Of a stretch of DNA of 64,000 nt, positions 33,122 to 43,741 are shown in pieces; position 1 is the stretch's first letter, and the number at the start of each line of letters is the position of its first letter. This DNA comes from an uncultured Methanoregulaceae archaeon. Lineage in GTDB: Archaea > Halobacteriota > Methanomicrobia > Methanomicrobiales > Methanospirillaceae. Location: positions 192,001 through 256,000 of the forward strand of contig CAWJAX010000002.1 of the NCBI GenBank assembly GCA_963841015.1. Reading direction: 5' to 3'. A program made the translations under genes and the position numbers. The notes under the pieces are model-generated. The model searched no databases. It worked only from the letters and a program-made list of their open reading frames with translations, and was not told the DNA's origin.

Positions 33122-33832
33122 TCATGCTTCAGGAACTGCGGGAGGCACTTTTTTCCCGGCATGTTTCTTTATGTGCATAATCAGGTCTGCATACATCTTG
33201 AGGACAAGGAACAGTACCACCACCGGCAGCGTGGATTCAATCCCGGCTGCAGAAAGGATCGACACCAGAAATGCCCCGAAGATGATGGTAAGGTGCATCG
33301 GGAAGATCCTTGAATACGGGTGAAAAAACTCTTCTGCGATATAATTCCCTCCTTTTGGTTCATCGTGACGGTAGTAAAGGGAAGAGTACAGGTGGTTTGC
33401 AAAGAAGAGCCCGCAGGAGGCCCAGACTTCAGGACTTGAAAAGTTGACCACCCCAAAAAGTCCGGACCCCACAATAAACTCATAATAGCCCCAGTGGAAG
33501 AGTCCGTAATGGAAGGCAAAGAACCCGGCAATGAAATATTTGTAGTACCCGGCAAAGTATCGGTTCATCATCCCCACACTGACGTTCTTCTCAGCAGACG
33601 GTGAGATGTCGGCAGTCAGCGCTGCGGTATCGGCTCTGGTGAGCGAGATGATGGTGAATAATCCGATGATGATACTCTGTGCCCAGTAGATGAACAGGAC
33701 GGTGGCAGCGTCCCAGTTGCCGGCAACCGCAAGGACAATAGTGATAATATTTGAGCAAAGGAGCGAAATGACCGGGGGAGTAACCTCAAATCCTCCCGGA
33801 ATGATTCGGGAAAGGGCAGGTGGGATCTTCAT
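33122..33832 (-). CDS. DUF6498-like membrane protein
   Basis: FIYW.QS.IIG, FF.FHYGLF, PYSRIFPMHLTII. Confidence 0.75.
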   Translation of the reverse strand: MKIPPALSRIIPGGFEVTPPVISLLCSNIITIVLAVAGNWDAATVLFIYWAQSIIIGLFTIISLTRADTAALTADISPSAEKNVSVGMMNRYFAGYYKYFIAGFFAFHYGLFHWGYYEFIVGSGLFGVVNFSSPEVWASCGLFFANHLYSSLYYRHDEPKGGNYIAEEFFHPYSRIFPMHLTIIFGAFLVSILSAAGIESTLPVVVLFLVLKMYADLIMHIKKHAGKKVPPAVPEA

Positions 33833-33950
33833 TCAGACAGTCTTTTATTGATGCACAAGGTTCAAGGATGTTGCGATCCTGCTGTCCTCGGGTAAATGTA
33901 CTAAAAAATGGATGAATTTTATTCCGGAATGAATACGTCCCTTGGTGTCG

Positions 33951-34411
33951 TCAGTTTTCCTTCATTACCCGATTCTGGATCCTGGTCGGGTTCAGCCGGG
34001 ACGATTCCGTGGTTGTACCCAACATCGACAGAATCCTCCCTGATGGCACATGCCCGGTCATACGAGTCGATCGCTCATGCCTGCCTGGAAGTTCAGAAAA
34101 AGAAAGGACTATACCACTTGCGTAGCCTATCAGGAATCCAAAAAAGGGACCGGGCTTCCTTAGAGCGATTGTGTATCTTTTGGATAGTATACCAGAATTA
34201 TGAGGATAATAACGGCTCCGGTAACAATCATCAGGATGCTCTGGCTGCCAGGGCTGATAAATCCAAGGCTTGCAGGGTATTTGACAGTATGATATGCGTT
34301 CACTGACCAGGGAAACGACTCGTAAAAATGCCGGTAACCCGTCTGGAAAAAGATCACCAGGATGGCAGTTACGATAATAACCAGGGAAATGAGCGTATTT
34401 TTGGGGGACAT
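33951..34411 (-). CDS. Hypothetical membrane protein (frameshift near 34180)
   Basis: Three hydrophobic segments spread over two frames. Confidence 0.45.
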
Positions 34412-34707
34412 GTAATCTCTCTTTCATCTGTTATGTACAGGAGATGAACAGGGAATCCTCCTGTACCAGTGCACGCTCAATTCATTAAATACTATACGGT
34501 GCATACGAATATGAGAGCACATGGCATTCCTTACCCGTGATACAAAATTCCTGATATTCCTTGCCATTATTGCACTAATAACCAATGTTATTCCCTTTTA
34601 TTTACTCCTCAGGTTTGGAAAACCCTGAAATACCTACACGGCAGGCTGCTGTCATATTCTTCTTTTTAAAAAAAAGGCACGGGTTTTGGCCGGATTTCTG
34701 TATCCGG

Positions 34708-35331
34708 TTAACCAGGTTTATTTCTTTTTAAGAGGGATTTTATGCCTTCGCTTCCGGGGATGGTGAGAAAATACAGCCAGGAAACAATAACGGCTGCTAT
34801 TGAACCGATAGTGTGACAAATATCATCACCGATCAGGTCGGGGAGACCTTCATCGAACATCGCGTTGAGGGTAATATCAAAGTAAACCTCCCCGATTTTC
34901 CAGATTCCCCCGAGGAATGCCACCAGGAGAAAGATTCCAATCAGGACGGTTGTTCGTTTAAACCTGATACCATACATGTCAAGAATCAGGAAAGAAGCTA
35001 ACATTACCAATCCTACCGCCATGCCGGAGATAAAATGGGCCAGCTTGTCATACAAGGGAAATACGGGTGACCAGTACCAGTCCATGATGCCACCCGCAAC
35101 GTGTATGAAGATGGCAAGAGGTATCATGAGTTTTATCCCAAACGGGAATGATATCCGCAGCAGCCTCTCAAAAGCATAGGGGATCAGCGGAATGAAAAAT
35201 GATCCAATCGCTATTTTCATCCGGGGGATATCATCGATATTCCTTGCATGAACCGCAAGAGCGATAAAACTTATCTCAAAAAGAATTACAATTATATTCT
35301 CGATTATTCTCGGGTTGATAGAAAATCCCCT
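34708..35331 (-). CDS. YjdF/DUF2238-like membrane protein, paralog 2 (AGG at start position)
   Basis: YDKLAHF motif; colinear with 35468-36088. Confidence 0.7.
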   Translation of the reverse strand, partial: RGFSINPRIIENIIVILFEISFIALAVHARNIDDIPRMKIAIGSFFIPLIPYAFERLLRISFPFGIKLMIPLAIFIHVAGGIMDWYWSPVFPLYDKLAHFISGMAVGLVMLASFLILDMYGIRFKRTTVLIGIFLLVAFLGGIWKIGEVYFDITLNAMFDEGLPDLIGDDICHTIGSIAAVIVSWLYFLTIPGSEGIKSLLKRNKPG

Positions 35332-35467
35332 GCCCTTTTTTATAAATTCAATGTTCTTATGTGTTAAAAAACCTGCCAAAACAAAAAAAGAACCCCTGAT
35401 TTCATTCTGCGCTGAGTGAAATCTTTCCGGGTATTTCACTTGATGAGACGGATATTTCAGCACCGGC

Positions 35468-36088
35468 TTACGGGTCTTTCCTGAGCAGCCAGGAAAGTCT
35501 CTTACCGGGCGGTACAGAATCCATCCACCGTTTAGCAACATACAGGCAGATAATAATACCAATGATATTTCCTGTCATATCACCGATACTGTCATACACG
35601 CCACCGGAGTAGGTCGTCATCATCACACTGTCAATCGACATCTCCTCGAACTCCCATATTATTCCGAAGAGGAATGTGATCAGTGCAGTTAAGACCAGGA
35701 CTCCTTTCTTTTGTATTCCCCAGGTCGTGAACAGGATAGCGGTCAGGAGACTGACAAAGATCACGAGCCCAAGCGCAATCCCGCCTATTAAGTGAGCAAT
35801 CTTATCATAATAGATACCCGATAACTCCCAATACCACCGCATGATCCCTCCTGCAGTATGCATAAACAGGGCAAACGGTATCATACCTTTTACCCCGGGC
35901 GGAAACGAAATCCGCAGCAGTTTCTCAGCGACATAAGGGATCAGGGTCATGAAAAATGCCGTAATTGCGATCTTCATCCGGGGGATATCATCGATATTGA
36001 CTGCCTGGATAGCCAGTAAAATAAAACTTATCTCAAAAAGGATAACAATGATACTCTCAATCGTTTCCGGCTTGATGGAAAATCCCAT
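35468..36088 (-). CDS. YjdF/DUF2238-like membrane protein, paralog 1
   Basis: H..GG, YDKIAH, WEFEE, DSIGDM. Confidence 0.8.
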   Translation of the reverse strand: MGFSIKPETIESIIVILFEISFILLAIQAVNIDDIPRMKIAITAFFMTLIPYVAEKLLRISFPPGVKGMIPFALFMHTAGGIMRWYWELSGIYYDKIAHLIGGIALGLVIFVSLLTAILFTTWGIQKKGVLVLTALITFLFGIIWEFEEMSIDSVMMTTYSGGVYDSIGDMTGNIIGIIICLYVAKRWMDSVPPGKRLSWLLRKDP

Positions 36089-36266
36089 TTTTATTCCATA
36101 GGTTAAATGCTCTCATCCGATAAAAAACCTGCCGGACGTAAGGGATCTGACCAGGATAAACCGGTTTTGATACTCGCCCGGTTATCCCTTCTGCGGTCAG
36201 AGGAAAAACAGGGAGGACGCCCTAATTGTTCCCTGAACCTTTTGATGATAAAAAAAAGACAAAAAA

Positions 36267-37289
36267 TTATTTTTTTTCGATCTGCGGGAACGGAATGTCG
36301 ATACCCTCATCAGCAAACCGCCCGGCTATCTGCAGGTTGATGGCATCTTTTACCTCATCGGTAAGATTGTATTTTTTTGCCCATACGTACAGAATAAACT
36401 TCAGGCCGGATTCTCCGAATTCACTGAAAAATACCTGGGGGGCGGGTTCTTCCAGAAGGTACCCGGTTTTTTGAATCACCGAATACGAAATGTCAAGCAG
36501 GAGCTCTTTTACCTTAGCGGGATCGGTTCCGGAGACAACAGAAACAGGGATTGAAATGCGGAGTTTCTGGTCAGGTTGTGAATAATTCGTGACATAATTC
36601 GTGGTAATCTTATTGTTGGGTATTGTGATGATCTGGTTGTCCGGGGTCCTGATCCGCGTGCTACGAACCCCGATATCGGTTACATCCCCATAATAATGTT
36701 CGATTTTAACCCTGTCACCGACTTGTAACGGTTTGTCAATCGTAATAACAGCTCCGCCGTAAAAGTTAGAGATAAGGTCCTGGGCCGCGAGCGCAAATGC
36801 CAGGCCGATGATACCCGCCCCGGCAAGAAACGGTGTGATATTGACATCAAGATTGACGAGGATCAGCATGATGCCGATAAACCAGATGACGTACCGGGCC
36901 GTAAGTTCAAGGAACTCAATGAGCCGGTCATTGAGAGGTCCCTCACCCTTTTCTGCAAGGTCATGACCGTAGTTCAGAATAATATTATGGGCAAGAGAGC
37001 TGGCGATCCAGGTTCCCAGCAGGATATAAATCGAATTCAGAACATCATCTGAAATTGTCCAGGCATACTGTTCGGGAACGATGCCAAAATATTTCAGTGC
37101 GATATAGACCGAAACAGCAACGATGCCTACCTGGACGGGTGTACCTATCGCAGCAATGAGGATATCATCCCAATGGGTCCTGGTGGTTTCCGCGTACTTT
37201 TTCAGCCATCGCACAATAGTTCGTGCCAAAATGGCGACGACAATCCCGATGATGACTGTTAAAATCGCGTAAATCATGCCGGTTTCCAT
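36267..37289 (-). CDS. mscS: Small-conductance mechanosensitive channel
   Basis: GLAFALAAQDLISNF, VGDRV, DIGVRST, IPN, NYS, IPFPQ. Confidence 0.93.
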   Translation of the reverse strand: METGMIYAILTVIIGIVVAILARTIVRWLKKYAETTRTHWDDILIAAIGTPVQVGIVAVSVYIALKYFGIVPEQYAWTISDDVLNSIYILLGTWIASSLAHNIILNYGHDLAEKGEGPLNDRLIEFLELTARYVIWFIGIMLILVNLDVNITPFLAGAGIIGLAFALAAQDLISNFYGGAVITIDKPLQVGDRVKIEHYYGDVTDIGVRSTRIRTPDNQIITIPNNKITTNYVTNYSQPDQKLRISIPVSVVSGTDPAKVKELLLDISYSVIQKTGYLLEEPAPQVFFSEFGESGLKFILYVWAKKYNLTDEVKDAINLQIAGRFADEGIDIPFPQIEKK

Positions 37290-37425
37290 ACCTATAGTAT
37301 GGGTGATGCATCAAAAAAATCTTTTTTACCAGGAATCTTTTCAGATTCCTCTCATGCCGCTGTCATATCCGATACCTTTTTCGGGTCACACAGAGTAGTC
37401 AGGACTACTTAGGAAGTGGACATGC

Positions 37426-38253
37426 ATGGAACCCTCACAGATTGTCGTTCTGATTATCTCCGTGATAATTATCCTTGTGATTTTAGCGTTGAGCATAAAG
37501 ATTGTCAACCAGTGGGAACGCGTGGTCCTGTTGTACCTGGGACGATATGTAGGGATACGTGGACCAGGACTGATAATCATTATCCCATTCCTCAATACGA
37601 TCCCGTATATCATCGACACCCGGGTGATCACGACTTCGTTTAATGCTGAACAGACGCTCACCAAGGATACGGTGCCGGTGGATGTCGATGCGGTACTGTT
37701 CTGGCAGGTCTTTGATGTCGAGAAAGCCGCCCTTGAAGTACAGAACTACAAGGATTCCGTGCTTCTTGCAGCGCAGACTGCTCTGCGGGATGTGATTGGC
37801 AAGACCATGCTTGCCGATATGCTGGCCGGCAGGGAAATGATTGACGCTGAACTCCAGAAGACCATCCAGCGCAGGATTGACGGCTGGGGCATCAATGTCT
37901 TATCCGTGGAAATACGGGACGTCGAAATCCCGGTAAATTTACAGAATGCCATGTCTATGCAGGCGCAGGCTGAACGTGAACGCCAGGCACGGGTCATCCT
38001 TGGTGATTCTGAACGCCAGATTGCGAAGAGCTTTGAGGATGCCTCAAAGACCTATGCCGGTAATCCGACCGCACTTCACCTGAGGGGCATGAATATGCTG
38101 TATGAAGGACTCAAAACAAATAATTCTGTCCTGATACTTGTCCCGTCATCCGTCCTGAATACCATGGGACTGGGCGACACGACCGGCATTATTGCACTCG
38201 CCCAGAACATGAAGAAGGAAAAAGAGGAAAGGAAGAACGAACCGGCAGAATAA
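37426..38253 (+). CDS. SPFH/band 7 (stomatin/slipin) protein
   Basis: GPGL..IIPF, LTKDTVPVDVDAV, AQTALRDVIG, QAQAERERQA. Confidence 0.93.
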   Translation: MEPSQIVVLIISVIIILVILALSIKIVNQWERVVLLYLGRYVGIRGPGLIIIIPFLNTIPYIIDTRVITTSFNAEQTLTKDTVPVDVDAVLFWQVFDVEKAALEVQNYKDSVLLAAQTALRDVIGKTMLADMLAGREMIDAELQKTIQRRIDGWGINVLSVEIRDVEIPVNLQNAMSMQAQAERERQARVILGDSERQIAKSFEDASKTYAGNPTALHLRGMNMLYEGLKTNNSVLILVPSSVLNTMGLGDTTGIIALAQNMKKEKEERKNEPAE

Positions 38254-38502
38254 TATTTCATCCCCCTTTTTTCTCCCATTTGTTACCGTTCATGAACATG
38301 GGTCCGGACATTACTGAATTATATAACCGGTTTTCCGCATACTATCTCCGGTCATTCCCTGATGCCAGATGCAATCAGCTGTAGACCCCTGCCTTCCGCG
38401 GTATGATGGCGGACGGTACGTGCTGATTAAAATTAAGGGCCTTAAAGCGAAAGGATTGGGATTCTGTAAAAAGAGGAGCGGAGAAAGGAAAACTGGAATG
38501 TG

Positions 38503-38994
38503 TTAGACCGGTTGTACCTGCATAGGGAAGGGATAATCATCATCAATGACGGTGTACTGGTCTCCGGATGTCATGGTCATGACAACGATCACCCGGTCGG
38601 TCTTCAACGTTCCCATGAGTGTCACGCTCTCGCCCATACCGGGATTCTTCCGCGTCGCCTGTTCCGTGACACAATCCGAGCGGATAACCGTGACATTCAT
38701 CTGTTGGACCATTCCGTTCCCTTTTCCGCCATTGAACGTAACGGTAATTGTGGGTTCTGATGTTATCGTATTACGGTCGACCGAAACACTCACGGATTGA
38801 TAGGATGGCACTATCTGGGTCGGTCCGGGTACGAGTGAACAGCTCTTTGTCGGAAGTGCAGTCAGCCTTGGTGTGGTGACCGTGACTGTGGGAGCAGGAG
38901 TGGTGGGAGACGGGGGTGAATTCTGGACACATCCTGCGAAAAGAATACAGAGCATGAGCGTGAGGAAAATGAGGGTAAGGAAGGCTTTTTTCAT
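38503..38994 (-). CDS. Hypothetical lipoprotein
   Basis: Lipobox LFAGC, Pro/Thr linker. Confidence 0.75.
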   Translation of the reverse strand: MKKAFLTLIFLTLMLCILFAGCVQNSPPSPTTPAPTVTVTTPRLTALPTKSCSLVPGPTQIVPSYQSVSVSVDRNTITSEPTITVTFNGGKGNGMVQQMNVTVIRSDCVTEQATRKNPGMGESVTLMGTLKTDRVIVVMTMTSGDQYTVIDDDYPFPMQVQPV

Positions 38995-39135
38995 GGCAAG
39001 GGATTTGTACGACTATCTATTTACTTCTCTCTCATTTTTTTCAAAAGCACAAAAAAATGGAAAAGGCATACGAGCGGTTCAACAGGAGCTCTTTTTTTTT
39101 AGGCCGGTTCAAAGATTGTTCAGTAATGTTGTGGA

Positions 39136-39143
39136 TTTATAAA
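39136..39143 (+). promoter_or_regulatory. Candidate archaeal TATA box of the kdp operon
   Basis: TTTATAAA about 75 nt upstream of ATG 39218. Confidence 0.4.
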
Positions 39144-39217
39144 GTCATACCTAGAATAGTTTTTCCACCAGCTTCCTCACCAGATTTGAAATCCATGAGC
39201 TAAGAGGCAGTAATCTT

Positions 39218-41623
39218 ATGGGTTCAGGATACCTTCCATCCATAATCCGGAATCAGCTGAAACCAGCTATGGTAATTTTTTTTCTGCTTACTCTTATCAC
39301 CGGCATTTTCTACCCGCTTTTGATAACCGGAATCGCACAACTGATCTTTCCCGTTCAGGCAAACGGGAATTTTGTAGTGCATGAGGGTAAGGTAGCAGGT
39401 TCAGCTCTTATCGGGCAGCCGTTTACTTCACCGGGATATTTCTGGGGTCGTCCTTCTGCCACATCAGTGGCACCCTATAATGCCGGACTCTCGTCAGGGT
39501 CAAATCTCGGCCCCTCGAATCCTGCCCTCATCAATGCGGTGAATGCCAGAGTAGAATCCCTTCATGCGGCCGATCCTGCTAACAAGCTCCCGATCCCCAT
39601 CGATCTTGTCACGGCATCAGCAAGCGGACTCGATCCTGATATCAGTGTCGCTTCTGCCTATTACCAGGTTCATCGGATCGCCCTGGAACGCAACATGAGT
39701 GAAGAAAGCGTTCACTCTCTTGTCAACAGCCGCATCGAACCCCGTCAGTTCTGGATCTTTGGCGAACCCCGGGTGAATGTATTGGCGCTCAACCTCGCCC
39801 TTGATGACATGAGCAGGACCACTATCCTCCATTCATCGTCAGTTCAGCCGGATTTCCCCCAATCGGACGAATCAGGATTGCGTATTTCGGACTGGATTGT
39901 CCTGATCCTCTTTTTCGGTTTCTTTGTAGTAACGGTCGTGCCTCTGGGACGATTCATGGTGAAGGTTATCAAAGGAGAACCCCACATTCTCTCGCCCATC
40001 AGCACACCGCTCGAACATTATCTTCTTGCATGGTCGCAGGTAAAGGCGGATGAAGAGATGGACTGGAAGACCTTTGCGATCGCAATGATGGTCTTCTCCC
40101 TTGTGGGGATCATCTTCCTCTTTGTGCTCCAGCTGGTCCAGGCCGGCCTGCCACTCAATCCCGCCGGTGTAGGATCACCCTCATGGGATCTTTCGCTGAA
40201 TACTGCAGTAAGTTTTGTTACGAACACTGACTGGCAGGCGTATGCCGGAGAGACCGGTGTCAGTTATCTCACCCAGATGGTGGGGCTGTGCGTCCAGAAC
40301 TTTACCTCAGCGGCAACAGGAATGGCAGTCCTCGTTGGCCTCATATATGGTCTCTCCCGCAGGTCTTCTTCCACAATCGGAAATTTCTGGGTACTGTTGA
40401 TCCGAAGTATTATGATCCTTCTCCCCCTCAGCATAATCCTTTCACTCATTCTGGTATCGCAGGGCGCCGTCCAGACTTTTCAGGGACCGGTTACCGTTCC
40501 GCTTCTCGATCCGGTTCAGGATGCCGGTGGGTCTCTTGTTACCACCCAGACGATTCCGCTTGGACCCGTTGCATCACAGGTTGCAATCAAACAGCTTGGG
40601 GTAAACGGGGGAGGTTTCTTCAACACGAACTCTGCTCACCCGTTTGAGAACCCGACACCGTTCACCAATTTCATCGAGATTGTTGCGATTCTTCTGATCC
40701 CGGCAGCGCTCTGTTATTCATTCGGCAGGATGGTCGGGGCCGGGAGGAAAGGTATCAGTATCCTGATCGCAATGACCCTTATTTTCATACCACTCCTGGG
40801 CTTTGCTATCTGGGCAGAACACGGGGGCAATCCCGCATTTGACGGTATGGGGATCGACCAGACCACGACGGTTCTCCAGCCTGGTGGCAACATGGAGGGC
40901 AAGGAAGTCCGGTTCGGCATTATGTCCTCGGCCCTCTTCTCGGTAGTGACCACATCGGCATCCTGTGGTGCGGTCAATTCAATGCACGATTCATTCACCC
41001 CCTTAGGGGGTTTTGTCCAGCTCCTCCTGATGCAGCTGGGGGAGGTGATCTATGGTGGAATCGGGTCCGGGTTATACGTCATGCTCGTTTTTGTCATCAT
41101 CGCGATGTTCATTGCCGGGCTCATGGTCGGGCGGACACCGGAGTATCTCGGTAAAAAGATTGAACCCAGGGAAATGACCATTGCAACCATCATTATTCTC
41201 ATACCCATCCTCCTGATTCTCATCTCTTCAGCAGTCGCAGTACTCGTGGATCCTGGAACGACCGCAGTCCTCAATCCGGGCCCCCATGGCTTCTCGGAGA
41301 TCCTGTATGCATTTACCTCTGCGTCCCAGAATAATGGCAGCGCTTTTGCGGGGCTTTCTGCCAACAGTGTATTTTATAATCTTACGACTGCTCTCTGCAT
41401 GTTCATCGGTCGCTTCGGTACCGCAATTCTCACCCTGGCTCTTGCCGGTTCACTCGTCGTAAAAAAGATTGTTCCGGCGGGGGAGGGAACCCTGTCAGAT
41501 CATCGTCCGCTTTTCATCCTCTGGCTGGTCTTTGTGGTGTTCATTATCGGGGTGCTCAGTTTCCTTCCGGCTCTTGCCCTGGGTCCCATTGTTGAGTACC
41601 TCATGCTTGGCGGGGGTGTATGA
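39218..41623 (+). CDS. kdpA: KdpC-KdpA fusion, K+-transporting ATPase
   Basis: N-terminal KdpC (GSALIGQ, YFWGRPSA, SASGLDPDIS, VNVLALNLALD) in frame with KdpA (TNTDWQ, NGGG, SCGAVN, NNGS). Confidence 0.95.
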   Translation: MGSGYLPSIIRNQLKPAMVIFFLLTLITGIFYPLLITGIAQLIFPVQANGNFVVHEGKVAGSALIGQPFTSPGYFWGRPSATSVAPYNAGLSSGSNLGPSNPALINAVNARVESLHAADPANKLPIPIDLVTASASGLDPDISVASAYYQVHRIALERNMSEESVHSLVNSRIEPRQFWIFGEPRVNVLALNLALDDMSRTTILHSSSVQPDFPQSDESGLRISDWIVLILFFGFFVVTVVPLGRFMVKVIKGEPHILSPISTPLEHYLLAWSQVKADEEMDWKTFAIAMMVFSLVGIIFLFVLQLVQAGLPLNPAGVGSPSWDLSLNTAVSFVTNTDWQAYAGETGVSYLTQMVGLCVQNFTSAATGMAVLVGLIYGLSRRSSSTIGNFWVLLIRSIMILLPLSIILSLILVSQGAVQTFQGPVTVPLLDPVQDAGGSLVTTQTIPLGPVASQVAIKQLGVNGGGFFNTNSAHPFENPTPFTNFIEIVAILLIPAALCYSFGRMVGAGRKGISILIAMTLIFIPLLGFAIWAEHGGNPAFDGMGIDQTTTVLQPGGNMEGKEVRFGIMSSALFSVVTTSASCGAVNSMHDSFTPLGGFVQLLLMQLGEVIYGGIGSGLYVMLVFVIIAMFIAGLMVGRTPEYLGKKIEPREMTIATIIILIPILLILISSAVAVLVDPGTTAVLNPGPHGFSEILYAFTSASQNNGSAFAGLSANSVFYNLTTALCMFIGRFGTAILTLALAGSLVVKKIVPAGEGTLSDHRPLFILWLVFVVFIIGVLSFLPALALGPIVEYLMLGGGV

Positions 41624-41626
41624 ACC

Positions 41627-43732
41627 ATGCCAGAAACATCCGGAAACCGTTCCTCTTGTACGCTTGTACCGGCCATCTATCAGCGGGCGATAATCGATGC
41701 CGTCGTTAAACTCGATCCACGTCTGATGATCAGGAATCCGGTTATGTTCGTTGTTGAAGCTGGCAGCGCACTTACCACTCTGCTCTGGCTCCAGGCGCTT
41801 TTTGGAAAAGGCGAAGCTCCTGCCGGATTCATTGGTGCCATTTCAGCGTGGCTCTGGTTCACCGTTCTCTTTGCCAACTTTGCTGAGGCACTTGCGGAAG
41901 GACGGGGCAAAGCACAGGCTGAATCCCTGCGGAAGATGCGGCAGGACACGAGTGCAAAAAAGCTCTATCTTGGGTATGAAGTAGTAAAAGGCAGGGAACC
42001 CGTTCCTTCAGATTATCTGATTGTTTCTTCATCAACACTTCACCGGAGCGATCTTTTTTATGTAAAAGCCGGGGATACCATTCCGGTTGATGGTGATGTA
42101 ATCCAGGGCATCGCATCAGTAAACGAGAGTGCGATCACCGGAGAAAGTGCGCCGGTCATCAGAGAATCCGGTGGCGACCGGAGCGCTGTGACCGGAGGAA
42201 CGGTCGTGCTTTCGGACTGGCTCATTATCCAGGCAAGTGCGAATGCCGGTGAAGGGTTCCTCGACCACATGATCAGCCTTGTTGAAGGTGCGAAACGACA
42301 GAAGACACCAAACGAGGTTGCGCTGAATATCCTTCTCATCGGACTGACGGTAGTATTTCTCGTAGTCTGTGCAACGCTGTGGGCATTCTCCCTTTATAGT
42401 GTGAAAGTTGCAGGTTTTGGTTCACCCGTCACCATCACGGTCCTTGTCGCGCTGCTTGTCTGTCTGGCACCGACTACTATAGGTGGTCTGCTCAGTGCGA
42501 TCGGTATTGCCGGGATGGACCGCCTTATCCGCCGGAACGTCATCACCACTTCGGGGAGGGCGATCGAAGCAGCAGGTGACGTTGATGTTCTTCTGCTTGA
42601 CAAGACCGGGACAATTACCCTTGGTAACCGCCAGGCTGTCGATCTCATCAAGGTTGACGGAACGGTGATGCTGGACCTTGCGGATACCGCTCAGCTGGCA
42701 TCACTTGCAGATGAGACTCCCGAAGGGCGCAGCATTGTTGTGCTGGTAAAAGAAAAATACGGTCTTCGCGGAAGAACCGTAGGGGCATCAGAGTCCGGTA
42801 CGGGAATGGAGTTTATCCCGTTTTCGAGCCAGACCCGTATGAGTGGTGTCGACTTTAATGATGTCCATATACGGAAGGGTGCTGCAGATGTGATGTTCAA
42901 ATATATCGAAACGAGCGGCAATGTGGTGTCAGAAGCCCTGAGAAAAGAAGTCGAAAAGATCTCGCTTGCCGGGGGAACACCTCTCGTGGTAACGAAGAAT
43001 GGCAAAGCGTATGGCGTCATTCACTTGAAAGATATCGTGAAGGGGGGCATCAGGGAGCGGTTTATCCAGCTCAGGAAGATGGGCATCAGAACGGTCATGA
43101 TCACCGGTGACAACCGTCTCACCGCAGCGACAATTGCGGCAGAAGCCGGAGTTGATGATTTCCTCGCGGAGGCGACACCGGAGAGCAAGCTGAACCTCAT
43201 CCGTGAATACCAGACTGGCGGGCGTATGGTGGCGATGACAGGTGACGGGACGAATGATGCCCCGGCACTTGCGCAGGCCGATGTTGCAGTTGCCATGAAC
43301 ACCGGGACGCAACCTGCACGCGAAGCGGCAAATATGATCGATCTGGACAGTAACCCGACTAAGTTGATCGAGATTGTAGAGATTGGGAAACAACTCCTCA
43401 TGACACGGGGAGCACTGACTACGTTTTCGATTGCAAACGATCTTGCAAAATATTTTGTCATCATCCCGGCTGCGTTCATTATGATCTATCCTGCCTTATC
43501 CGCACTGAATATTCTGGGCCTCCATAATGCTATCCTGTCAGCGGTGATCTTTAATGCATTAATTATTGTTGCCCTTATCCCGCTCGCGCTTCATGGGGTA
43601 ACGTACCGCCCGATGACGGCTGAGGTTGCCCTGCGGAATAATATCATTCTGTATGGAATAGGTGGTATCATAGCCCCGTTTATTGGCATAAAGATTATCG
43701 ACATGACGCTCGTACTGATGGGTGTGGGGTGA
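41627..43732 (+). CDS. kdpB: K+-transporting ATPase subunit B
   Basis: [31 protein letters not shown]. Confidence 0.98.
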   Translation: MPETSGNRSSCTLVPAIYQRAIIDAVVKLDPRLMIRNPVMFVVEAGSALTTLLWLQALFGKGEAPAGFIGAISAWLWFTVLFANFAEALAEGRGKAQAESLRKMRQDTSAKKLYLGYEVVKGREPVPSDYLIVSSSTLHRSDLFYVKAGDTIPVDGDVIQGIASVNESAITGESAPVIRESGGDRSAVTGGTVVLSDWLIIQASANAGEGFLDHMISLVEGAKRQKTPNEVALNILLIGLTVVFLVVCATLWAFSLYSVKVAGFGSPVTITVLVALLVCLAPTTIGGLLSAIGIAGMDRLIRRNVITTSGRAIEAAGDVDVLLLDKTGTITLGNRQAVDLIKVDGTVMLDLADTAQLASLADETPEGRSIVVLVKEKYGLRGRTVGASESGTGMEFIPFSSQTRMSGVDFNDVHIRKGAADVMFKYIETSGNVVSEALRKEVEKISLAGGTPLVVTKNGKAYGVIHLKDIVKGGIRERFIQLRKMGIRTVMITGDNRLTAATIAAEAGVDDFLAEATPESKLNLIREYQTGGRMVAMTGDGTNDAPALAQADVAVAMNTGTQPAREAANMIDLDSNPTKLIEIVEIGKQLLMTRGALTTFSIANDLAKYFVIIPAAFIMIYPALSALNILGLHNAILSAVIFNALIIVALIPLALHGVTYRPMTAEVALRNNIILYGIGGIIAPFIGIKIIDMTLVLMGVG

Positions 43733-43741
43733 TCTGGTCAC

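Noticed and set aside
38995-39217. c-di-AMP (ydaO) riboswitch or kdpF upstream of kdp
   Set aside because: No GCTGAATCC/GGAGGAACC/GGGATA motifs and no small hydrophobic ORF
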